Shown here: positions 1-7,725 of the stretch, in pieces
Layout of the letters: every line of letters starts with the position of its first letter
Numbering within the stretch: position 1 is the first letter of the stretch
Virus record (IMG/VR): IMGVR_UViG_3300035532_000260
Direction: 5' to 3' (one strand)
From: a virus
DNA: 64,000 nucleotides
Made by a program: the position numbers and the translations under genes
The notes under the pieces: model-generated
The model's input: the letters and a program-made list of their open reading frames with translations, nothing else
Database searches by the model: none
Told to the model about the DNA's origin: nothing

Positions 1-516
1 AAAGAACTGTTCCAGACCGTTTACCGTCATCCAGTCGAGATTGATCGGCACAAGAATCTCGTCCGCGGTCATCAGGATGTTGAGTGAAAGAATGTCCCAT
101 CCCGGACTGGTATCGAAGATCAGGAAATCCGGAATATCGTTCGCATCATACGCTTGGTTTTTTGGAAAGAATTCCGCTTGGATCCTCCGCTTGACCAATT
201 CCGCCTTGATGGTCTTGTCTTTGATCTGCCCGAGCAATGCCTTGAGGCGGATGATCCCCAGCCCTCCCTGCAATAGGCGTAAATTTTTTCTGGCCTCCCA
301 GGTGGCTTTTCCCAACTCTACCTTGTTTCTGATAAAGTCGTTAAAATCGGATTTCAGAGGTTTCCGGCAGCCCAAATAATGTTTCACCTGATTCTGGGTG
401 TCCGTATCGATCAGCAAAACACGATGCCCGAGCTTTGCCAATCCTGCAGAAAGATTGACTGCTGTCGTCGTCTTCCCCACCCCGCCCTTTGCTTGTGCCA
501 CCGCTATTGTGTACAT
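1..516 (-). CDS. parA: ParA/Soj-family partition ATPase (3' end runs off window start; absent from ORF track)
   Basis: Manual translation from ATG at 516: MYTIAVAQAKGGVGKTTTAVNLSAGLAKLGHRVLLIDTDTQ...LIFDTSPG; deviant Walker A KGGVGKTT and Walker B-like IFDTSP. Confidence 0.93.
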   Translation of the reverse strand, partial: MYTIAVAQAKGGVGKTTTAVNLSAGLAKLGHRVLLIDTDTQNQVKHYLGCRKPLKSDFNDFIRNKVELGKATWEARKNLRLLQGGLGIIRLKALLGQIKDKTIKAELVKRRIQAEFFPKNQAYDANDIPDFLIFDTSPGWDILSLNILMTADEILVPINLDWMTVNGLEQFF

Positions 517-680
517 AGTGATTCTGTGCGTTGATTTCTAATTTTTGTCAAGCAATTATCGCTAGGTGAAATCGGGTGTTTTTGGTGGACATTTATGATG
601 ACTTTATTGTATGGTTTTTGACTGACGATAAACGCTAAAAAAATATCGAATAGGACGGTTTTATTCACAGGAGGCAAAAA

Positions 681-1298
681 ATGGGACGCATTTTGGGATT
701 TTTGAGGGTCAGTACGGAGGGGCAGGAACTGAATAATCAGAAACTGGAAATTCTTGAGTGGGCGCAAAAACACGGATTGCGCGTCGAGGAATTTGTTCAG
801 CACAAGATGTCCACACGGAAACGCAAATTGGAAGAAGTGCTGGCCGACCTGCTTGTGTCTGTCAAACCAGGAGATACGGTGGTGGTTGCGGAGCTTTCCC
901 GCTTTTCTCGTTCACTTGGTCAGCTCGTCGGGGTGATCAAGGCTTTGACGGACAATGGCGTTCGGTTGGTGTCCCTCAAAGAGGGCCTAGATATTGATGC
1001 CGGCAACAAGAACGACATCCATACCACGATCACTGTCGGGCTGTTTTCCATGCTTTATGACATCGAACGATCTATGATTTCGGCTCGGACAAAAGCAGGA
1101 CTCGCTCATGCAAAAAGCAAGGGCAAGAAAATCGGACGACCGAAAGGGAAAACAGGCAAGAGCAAGTTGGATGGATATGCAGATGCGATTCAAAGATTGC
1201 GGGATGCGCATGTATCGTACGCGGCTATAGGAAGGATGTTCGGCTGTCACAGAGGAACGGTGAAGGCCTTTGTTGAGAATAAATTGGAAAAATCATAA
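681..1298 (+). CDS. Serine recombinase, resolvase/invertase family
   Basis: N-terminal GFLRVSTEGQ catalytic motif, VAELSRFSRS, ER..IS.RTKAGL, GRP and C-terminal HTH; 205 aa (small resolvase, not a large integrase). Confidence 0.92.
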   Translation: MGRILGFLRVSTEGQELNNQKLEILEWAQKHGLRVEEFVQHKMSTRKRKLEEVLADLLVSVKPGDTVVVAELSRFSRSLGQLVGVIKALTDNGVRLVSLKEGLDIDAGNKNDIHTTITVGLFSMLYDIERSMISARTKAGLAHAKSKGKKIGRPKGKTGKSKLDGYADAIQRLRDAHVSYAAIGRMFGCHRGTVKAFVENKLEKS

Positions 1299-1581
1299 TA
1301 GACGGGGAGGAAGACTCCTACCCACGATTTTTGCAATCGATTGCATTTACTTTCCCTCCCCCAAAAAATGACGGAAGCTCCTTCGGTGTGGAGGCACCGT
1401 TGGAGCTTGTTAGGACTCCCACCCGAGGGAGGCCAGGTCATCGGGGTCGAGGAGGGGTATGAACCCGCCCCGGTCGATGCCGTCTGTGGATATTCGGTAT
1501 GAGAGTATATATAAAGGAGCCGAAACACCGTGTCAAGCTCAAAACCAATTTTTTTGCAAATTATCGAAAAAAGTTCGGGAA

Positions 1582-1682
1582 GACAGATTTCCGTCACCCC
1601 CGTCGATCTGTCACCCCTCCCCCTGACAATCTGTCACCCCCCCTCCCCGACAATCTGTCACCCCCCCCATGACAAATTGGCA
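1582..1682. repeat. Iteron-like direct repeats (GACAATCTGTCACCCC, ~23-24 bp period), probable replication origin with downstream AT-rich tract
   Basis: Near-identical units at ~1602, 1625, 1649 plus degenerate units at ~1582 and 1671; internal dyad TGACA-ATC-TGTCA; AT-rich ~1683-1880 follows; lies directly upstream of the putative initiator. Confidence 0.7.
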
Positions 1683-1882
1683 TATAAAAGTAGTTAGAAA
1701 AAGAAGTGTTCTAAAAAGAAAGTTCATTGAAGAAAGATTTATGGCAAACGAGTTTGCAATAACTGGGTTTGAATCAAAAATTTATTTATGCTAGTTTATT
1801 TGTAAATCAAGGTTTGCGGACTTGTTTGTAATTCGTGCGTATCCTCCAATATGCATAAATTTATTACTGTCCTTTTTTGGTC

Positions 1883-1912
1883 TTGACTTGTTTACGATTA
1901 TGGTGGTATGTT
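1883..1912 (+). promoter_or_regulatory. Sigma70-type promoter for replication operon
   Basis: TTGACT-N18-TATGTT with extended -10 TG, 45 bp upstream of ATG 1957. Confidence 0.5.
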
Positions 1913-1956
1913 GATGCCGGATATTCGGTATTCCTAATAGCTAAGGATGTGAAATC

Positions 1957-3054
1957 ATGTACCAAATTACAGAATCGCTCCGCATGGAGGTTCAGGGCGA
2001 GAGGCAGGTCATGTTTGACCTAAAAAATTTACTTCTCGATAACGGTTGCATCGAAGGCCTTTCTGATGGTTTGGGCGGGCATGGTGCCTCCCGCCAATCA
2101 ATCGTTTCTGTACTCCGCAGAATCGCGGAAGCAACGCTCATTTGGGGCAAGCCCTATGAGTTGATCCGCGTCTCCCGTCTCGCCAATGGCGATACCCGTC
2201 TTGGCTTCCCCGCCATTACTCTAAGTTCTCGTACTGTTCAGCGAGCATTGAAAGTGCTTGTTGGATCCGGTCTTGTCCGCATGTTTACCGCGAACAGGGG
2301 CAGTGACCGGTATTACGCACTTGATTTTTCCCGTGTCCTCTCTTCTCTTCGCTCGATTGTCTCCCATGATCCAAAGACGTACCGAGCCCGTGCGTCTCTT
2401 GAATTGCTTGAAAATTTGGAAAAATCTGACGGATTTGCACGTATAGCCTCGCTTATACGTTCTCTTTCTGGTAAGGTTGTATCCAACGCAAAGGAATTCA
2501 AGGAAGAAATTTCAAATCTCTGGACGAAGGGGGTCAAGGTGCTTTCACAGAAAATTGAGCGGGCGAAGGATAAGGCGCAGACTGGCGCAAAAGTGCGGAT
2601 GCAGAAAAAGGCTGAAAAGCCTTTGTTCACGAAGACCGGCAAGCCGGTGGCCAAGACTGCAATGGCCGTCTGGCACACAGCGGTCCGTGATCTCGACAAA
2701 TATGGGAATTACACCCCACACACGACTGGTAAGATGCTTGGGATGATGAAGAATTATCTCAATGAATTGAGGGAATTAGGGTATAGCGAGGAAGAGATAC
2801 GGCAGATTATCTTCGACGTGGTGACTGCGTGGGCCCATATCCCGGAACACAAGAGACAGTTGCAAGCGATAAGTCAGAAGGGCAGGCCTTACAAAGTGAT
2901 GATTCCCCAGGTGCCCGCTTTTGATTTTTTCTATACCATGCGCGGCGAATTGAACAAGCTTTTCGCAGAGTTTCAGGTTTTGAACACGCCAAAGATTCAT
3001 CCGGCGCAGGAAGGCGATGACGATTTTCTGGAACATGAAATTATTGATTTCTAA
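1957..3054 (+). CDS. Putative replication initiator (winged-HTH)
   Basis: LSSRTVQRALKVLVGSGLVR wHTH-like segment; first gene after the iterons and upstream of loader/DnaB/primase. Confidence 0.5.
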   Translation: MYQITESLRMEVQGERQVMFDLKNLLLDNGCIEGLSDGLGGHGASRQSIVSVLRRIAEATLIWGKPYELIRVSRLANGDTRLGFPAITLSSRTVQRALKVLVGSGLVRMFTANRGSDRYYALDFSRVLSSLRSIVSHDPKTYRARASLELLENLEKSDGFARIASLIRSLSGKVVSNAKEFKEEISNLWTKGVKVLSQKIERAKDKAQTGAKVRMQKKAEKPLFTKTGKPVAKTAMAVWHTAVRDLDKYGNYTPHTTGKMLGMMKNYLNELRELGYSEEEIRQIIFDVVTAWAHIPEHKRQLQAISQKGRPYKVMIPQVPAFDFFYTMRGELNKLFAEFQVLNTPKIHPAQEGDDDFLEHEIIDF

Positions 3055-3064
3055 GGAGTCTTGA

Positions 3065-3880
3065 ATGCAGACCGACGTTTTGAGAAACTGCATCCGCTTT
3101 CCTTGGGATGTTTCAAAGAGTCCTGTTAACTCAGGAAAATTCAATGATTCTGCTGTCATGGAACGGTTGGAGCATGAATCGGGATTTTCTTCCTGTTTTA
3201 TGGTTCGACCAAACGACAAGGCGCTTCCGCATGTCATGCAATCGATTGCACTTCCAACATTGATGTCGCTTCTGCACACGAAAACGCGGACGGTGACAGA
3301 ACGATCTTTGTGGAAGGGGTTGCGTCCGGATGTTCAGGATCAGATTCTTTCCCTGTATCCTGACTTTGATCGGGAAGATCATATTTTTTTGTTCCACATG
3401 GTTCAGAAGCAGAAGCAGATTTTGACCATGGCAAGTTACATGGCCGCGACGTTTGCATTTACGACGTACACGGTTCCGTTGATGATTGACTTCGACGACG
3501 TTACTCGGGCGTTGTTTTCCAGTATGAATGGCGACTTCGCTTTGTCGAATGCGATTGAGCATGCTGGTTTGTTGATTGTCTTGTACCCTTTGGGCGTTTA
3601 TCCTGGAGTCGATAAAATTTCTGGACCACTATTTACGATGTTTGCAAAGCGTTCCGATCTTGGTCGTCCTACGGTGTTTCTTGATCTTCCACAGCATGAT
3701 TTTGCGCGGAAGATTTCTGAAAACCGGGTTCCGACCAGGGAAGATTTTAAGACAATGGCGCAAATGAGTGTCGCAGGTGCAACCCGGTTTGGTTACTACC
3801 TAGCAGGACCGAACACGTATCGAAACTCTACGATTCCAATAAGGGGGCTCAATGTCGGTAGGGAAGCACTTTATTTTTAG
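3065..3880 (+). CDS. Hypothetical protein, possible degenerate DnaC/IstB-like helicase loader
   Basis: Position between initiator and DnaB; FTMFAKRSDLGRPTVF resembles the DnaC C-terminal R...PT segment; no intact Walker A seen. Confidence 0.35.
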   Translation: MQTDVLRNCIRFPWDVSKSPVNSGKFNDSAVMERLEHESGFSSCFMVRPNDKALPHVMQSIALPTLMSLLHTKTRTVTERSLWKGLRPDVQDQILSLYPDFDREDHIFLFHMVQKQKQILTMASYMAATFAFTTYTVPLMIDFDDVTRALFSSMNGDFALSNAIEHAGLLIVLYPLGVYPGVDKISGPLFTMFAKRSDLGRPTVFLDLPQHDFARKISENRVPTREDFKTMAQMSVAGATRFGYYLAGPNTYRNSTIPIRGLNVGREALYF

Positions 3881-5159
3881 CTTGCTGAGTGGCGATGACC
3901 ACGCCAAAAAAATGATCCAGGCACTTGATGTCGGGGTGGATGACGGTTATTTTTTGGACGATGCAGAACGCTATGCTTGGCAGTATATTAGAGACAGGTA
4001 TCTGGAACACGGATCTGTCCCGAGTATTTATACGGTGGAAGTCGAGACTGACCTCCGTTTCCCTGATTACGAACTACAGGATCCGTTTTCATTTTGGTTG
4101 GACGAACTCCGAAAGTACAATCGTTTAGTTTTGATGCACAATGTCGCTCATCAGTTGTCAGAGTATTTGAATGAGGGGCAGGAGCAGGATGCTTTTGATT
4201 TGATTCAGCAATCGTATTCTCGGCTTAAATTGATGCGGGAGTCGCGCCGGCAGGTGAAATCGCTTTCAGAGTTATCTGAAGAGATTTTGCAGAGGCACCA
4301 CCTGATACAGACTGGTCAGCTTCAGGAGGGTATTCCGTTTGGTATTCCGTATTTGGATCAGATTACTGGTGGCGCACAGCCCGGCAACCTGATAGCTGTC
4401 GTTGGTGAATCCGGAGCTGGGAAGACGTTTACGACTCTCCGTTTTTGTGAGGGAGCGGTTCGAGCCGGTTACAAGGCCATGTATGTAACCATGGAAATGA
4501 CCAACGCCGAAGCTGCACAGCGATCATTGGCACTTCATACCCATGTTGACGGCACGGCATTGCGTCTTGGTCGTTTGTCTCATTTTGCAATCGATTGCAT
4601 CCGGAATTCCTTGTCCCGATGGGCGGACGCGGGCTATGATGACAAATTGATTTTCGTCGAGGGACAGTTGCGTATGACAGTCGATGACATCATGGCGAAT
4701 GTGCAGGAGCACAAGCCTGATGTACTTTACATCGATGGTGCTTATATGTTGAAGTTGGCCGGTTCGCAGAATCGTCAGCGGTGGGAGACCAGCACTGAAA
4801 TCATGGAGATGGTGAAGAGGGTTGCGATCATTACTCCAATCCCTGTAATAGCTACGTTTCAGTTTGATCAGAAAGCCCGGGACAAGAAGTTGCACAATAT
4901 CATGGGTGGTCAGCATATTTCGCAGATTGCTTCATTGGTGTTGGGGTTGGAGAATGATCAAGCATTGGCGACTGCTTCGTATGAGTCCCGTGTATTCAAA
5001 ACCTTATCTTTTATGAAAGGAAGATTTGGTGAACAGGGAAAAATTAGGTTAAGATATGATATGCAGAGGACGGAAATTGAACAGGAAGAGGTTTTGATGG
5101 GTGACCGCAGGTTTACTGCAGAGCCTACTGAACCGGATATGTCTGACGAGTTTGAATAA
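3852..5159 (+). CDS. dnaB: Replicative DnaB-like helicase
   Basis: Walker A GESGAGKT, YVTMEM, Walker B LYIDGAYML, TFQF, KGRFGE. Confidence 0.92.
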   Translation: MSVGKHFIFSLLSGDDHAKKMIQALDVGVDDGYFLDDAERYAWQYIRDRYLEHGSVPSIYTVEVETDLRFPDYELQDPFSFWLDELRKYNRLVLMHNVAHQLSEYLNEGQEQDAFDLIQQSYSRLKLMRESRRQVKSLSELSEEILQRHHLIQTGQLQEGIPFGIPYLDQITGGAQPGNLIAVVGESGAGKTFTTLRFCEGAVRAGYKAMYVTMEMTNAEAAQRSLALHTHVDGTALRLGRLSHFAIDCIRNSLSRWADAGYDDKLIFVEGQLRMTVDDIMANVQEHKPDVLYIDGAYMLKLAGSQNRQRWETSTEIMEMVKRVAIITPIPVIATFQFDQKARDKKLHNIMGGQHISQIASLVLGLENDQALATASYESRVFKTLSFMKGRFGEQGKIRLRYDMQRTEIEQEEVLMGDRRFTAEPTEPDMSDEFE

Positions 5160-5183
5160 CCTATCTATATCTTTGGAGGTTTT

Positions 5184-5684
5184 ATGAATTTGACAACCGC
5201 TCGTAAACTTCACATGAATGACGCTTCTTTAGTTGACGATAACCTGAAAAATGTTGATCAAGTTATTGACAAAAGCATCAAGTTGGTTGATAGGCTGGAA
5301 GAGAGTATTGTTGCTGACATCAACCGGGCTATTTTGCTGGATGCAAAAATCAAAAAAGTGAAGGCATCGATCAGAGAGGAAGAAAAAGAATTAAAGGAGA
5401 TTAAGGCTAATTTACTTGATTATGCAAGAACGAATGATTTGAAAACAATGGAAGGCGGTGAAGGCAAGGTTTGTTTTTCTCCCCGAGTTTCCCGTAATGT
5501 GAATGTGAAGAATTTGTTTTTGTTTCTTCAGCGAGAAAAGAAACTTCCCACATTTTGGAAGTATGTAAAGGGGGTTCTGAAAGCTCTTACTGCCGATTAT
5601 GGAGAGCAGGTACTTGAAAATGAGGGGGTTATTTCTTCATCGGCCGACTTATTTGGGTCGATGAAAGTTGTTGCCCGTAAATAG
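5184..5684 (+). CDS. Hypothetical coiled-coil protein
   Basis: 166-aa ORF with RBS GGAGG, within replication operon. Confidence 0.6.
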   Translation: MNLTTARKLHMNDASLVDDNLKNVDQVIDKSIKLVDRLEESIVADINRAILLDAKIKKVKASIREEEKELKEIKANLLDYARTNDLKTMEGGEGKVCFSPRVSRNVNVKNLFLFLQREKKLPTFWKYVKGVLKALTADYGEQVLENEGVISSSADLFGSMKVVARK

Positions 5685-5693
5685 GAGAAAGGA

Positions 5694-6866
5694 ATGGATA
5701 AAGCTCAGATCAAGCAGTTCTTATATGCGATTGGGGCGGAGCGTGTGACATCGGATGGCGGGTCGTGGGTGCGTGCGTCTTGCCCTCTTGCTCCCTGGTT
5801 CCATGAAGGGCATAAAGACGCGAACCCGAGCTTTGGTATTAAAGAAGGGGTTGGTGACGACTCCCCCTATTATCATTGTTTTGCTTGTGGCAGTCATGGA
5901 TCATTGATCAAGTTGTTGCACAATTTGCAATTTTTGTCTGGTGTACACCTGAAAGAGGCGTCTGCGCTATTATCGAGCGATGCTTCGTTTTTTACACAGA
6001 AGGAAGTTACTCGGGCACGTAAGCGTATTGTTGTGGACAAGTTTGCCAAGCATTCCGATAGAAAGTCCCGGGAGGTTCGTAGCAATCCTCTGGTCCCTGA
6101 TGACGTATTAGCCAAGTATCCACTGTTGGTCGATAGCGATTTAGAAGAATCAAATACGGTGATGCGTTGGTTGACACAAGTTCGTAAATTGTCTGTGCAA
6201 TCAATTGCAGACGCACAACTGCGACTGTATATGGATAGTTTTATTGGTTATCTTGGTGTGCTGTTTCCGGTGATCGGCCGGGATGGTGCCGTACGCGATT
6301 TGTGGGTGCGCATGATTCATGACAAGTCGTTTTTTAGATTGACCAAGAAATTGTCGGACTCTCCGGTTGATTATGCCGCCCCAAATCTTTGGTTTGGAGG
6401 GGAGCGTATGAATGCCGATAAGCCCGTCATTTTTGTGGAGGGGCAGATTGATGCGTTGCGGTTGGAGACGCTTGGTATAAAGAATGTAGTGGCCTGTGGT
6501 CCTGGTGGTCCTTCTTACGCGCAGATGGCGTCGATTCATGTTTCCGTTGCGTATTTTGGGTTTGATGCGGACAAAGGCGGTCGTGGTTTCGCAAAGAGGG
6601 CGTATGAAAATATGTCTGCATTGACCATGTTTTTTCTTGATTGGTCTGTTGTTGGAAAGAAAGATCCTGGTGAATTAGACAATCTGTCACAGTTTAAGCG
6701 TGTTTTTGAGAAGCGCCGTCGATTACTACGAGTACCGAAGATTGATTTAACAGGAAACCGACGAAGAAAGTCCATTCATGAAAAGAGCAGTACATTCAAA
6801 AGGCTTACGATGGGTTGTTTTTGTGATTTGACAAGCCTGTTTTTTATGCTATTATGGTGTTGTTAG
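5694..6866 (+). CDS. DNA primase (Zn-binding domain + TOPRIM)
   Basis: CPLAPWFH...HCFAC zinc motif; TOPRIM VEGQIDAL and FDADKGG; KDPGE. Confidence 0.9.
   Translation: MDKAQIKQFLYAIGAERVTSDGGSWVRASCPLAPWFHEGHKDANPSFGIKEGVGDDSPYYHCFACGSHGSLIKLLHNLQFLSGVHLKEASALLSSDASFFTQKEVTRARKRIVVDKFAKHSDRKSREVRSNPLVPDDVLAKYPLLVDSDLEESNTVMRWLTQVRKLSVQSIADAQLRLYMDSFIGYLGVLFPVIGRDGAVRDLWVRMIHDKSFFRLTKKLSDSPVDYAAPNLWFGGERMNADKPVIFVEGQIDALRLETLGIKNVVACGPGGPSYAQMASIHVSVAYFGFDADKGGRGFAKRAYENMSALTMFFLDWSVVGKKDPGELDNLSQFKRVFEKRRRLLRVPKIDLTGNRRRKSIHEKSSTFKRLTMGCFCDLTSLFFMLLWCC
6828..6855 (+). promoter_or_regulatory. Sigma70-type promoter upstream of SSB
   Basis: TTGACA-N16-TATTAT with extended -10 TG. Confidence 0.6.
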
Positions 6867-6912
6867 CCCAAGGATCATAAAGATCGAAAGGGCAAAAAGT
6901 AAGGAGTTTGGT

Positions 6913-7659
6913 ATGAGCGACCAGAGCTGGTTTGCAAAAGGTGCGGCAGGGGAACAGAAAGCAAAGGAACTCAAAGATCAGCAGGCAGCAGCGGGCGGGG
7001 TCGGGAACAGGTTTTACCTGAAACCCGGCAATTCCGCTCTTGTCACGTTCCTTGACAGTGAGGGGTTTTACTTCAACGAGCATCAGTTGTTCCGGAACAA
7101 TTCTTGGCGGAATTGGGTGACGTGCGTTCGAGATTTCTCCGAGTGCCCGGTGTGTGAATCTGGTGACCGTGCTTCGTATGTGTGTGCGTACACGATCATT
7201 GACCACAGCAAGTACGTGAACAAGGCCGGCATCGAGGTCACGAGTCAGAAACGTCTTCTTGTTGTCAAGCCGTCTGTCATGAACAAGCTTGCGAGACGGC
7301 GGGAGCAGTGTGAGGGTGATTTGACCTATGCTGTTTTTGAGTTTGCAAGAGACAGCAAGGACGAATGTTCGACCGGCGAAGACATCACGTTTCGGAAGCG
7401 GCTTTCTACCCAGGAGATCCTGCAGTTCAAGCCTGACAGCATTTCTGACGAAGAGTGGCTGAAGCCGTTTGATTATTTGAAGCTTTTTGCCCCGAAGCCG
7501 ATCGAGGCTCTTCGTCAGATTGCCGGACAGGCTCCTCCGGTGGGTGCTGGGACGGGTATGCCTCCGGCTGGTGGGTCGTACATGCCTCCGCCGAATTCCC
7601 AGGCTTGCCCGGAGACGGACATCAACGCCCTTTTGGGTGCTTCGGATGCCCCGTTCTAG
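6913..7659 (+). CDS. Phage single-stranded DNA-binding protein (gp32-like, Zn-binding)
   Basis: RFYLKPG..VTFLD, H..WRNWVTC....CPVC, flexible Pro/Gly tail ending DAPF; located after primase. Confidence 0.65.
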   Translation: MSDQSWFAKGAAGEQKAKELKDQQAAAGGVGNRFYLKPGNSALVTFLDSEGFYFNEHQLFRNNSWRNWVTCVRDFSECPVCESGDRASYVCAYTIIDHSKYVNKAGIEVTSQKRLLVVKPSVMNKLARRREQCEGDLTYAVFEFARDSKDECSTGEDITFRKRLSTQEILQFKPDSISDEEWLKPFDYLKLFAPKPIEALRQIAGQAPPVGAGTGMPPAGGSYMPPPNSQACPETDINALLGASDAPF

Positions 7660-7680
7660 CATGTGATTTACTGGTTGATT

Positions 7681-7707
7681 GGGGTGGTTTCGGCCACCCC
7701 TATTTTT
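7681..7707 (+). terminator. Intrinsic terminator after SSB
   Basis: GGGGTGGT-TTCG-GCCACCCC followed by TATTTTT. Confidence 0.75.
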
Positions 7708-7725
7708 ATTTGGAGGAAAGGGATT

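Noticed and set aside
681-1298. Prophage integrase
   Set aside because: Only 205 aa, with no recombinase/Zn-ribbon domains of large serine integrases; resolvase-type
1446-1478. tRNA-like T-arm (GGGTTCATACCC on the minus strand)
   Set aside because: No cloverleaf, anticodon arm or acceptor stem could be built; kept only as part of the hairpin cluster
7663-7725. ORF-track N-terminal extension of the helicase (MIYWLIG...)
   Set aside because: It runs through the terminator hairpin; GTG at 7726 has the RBS
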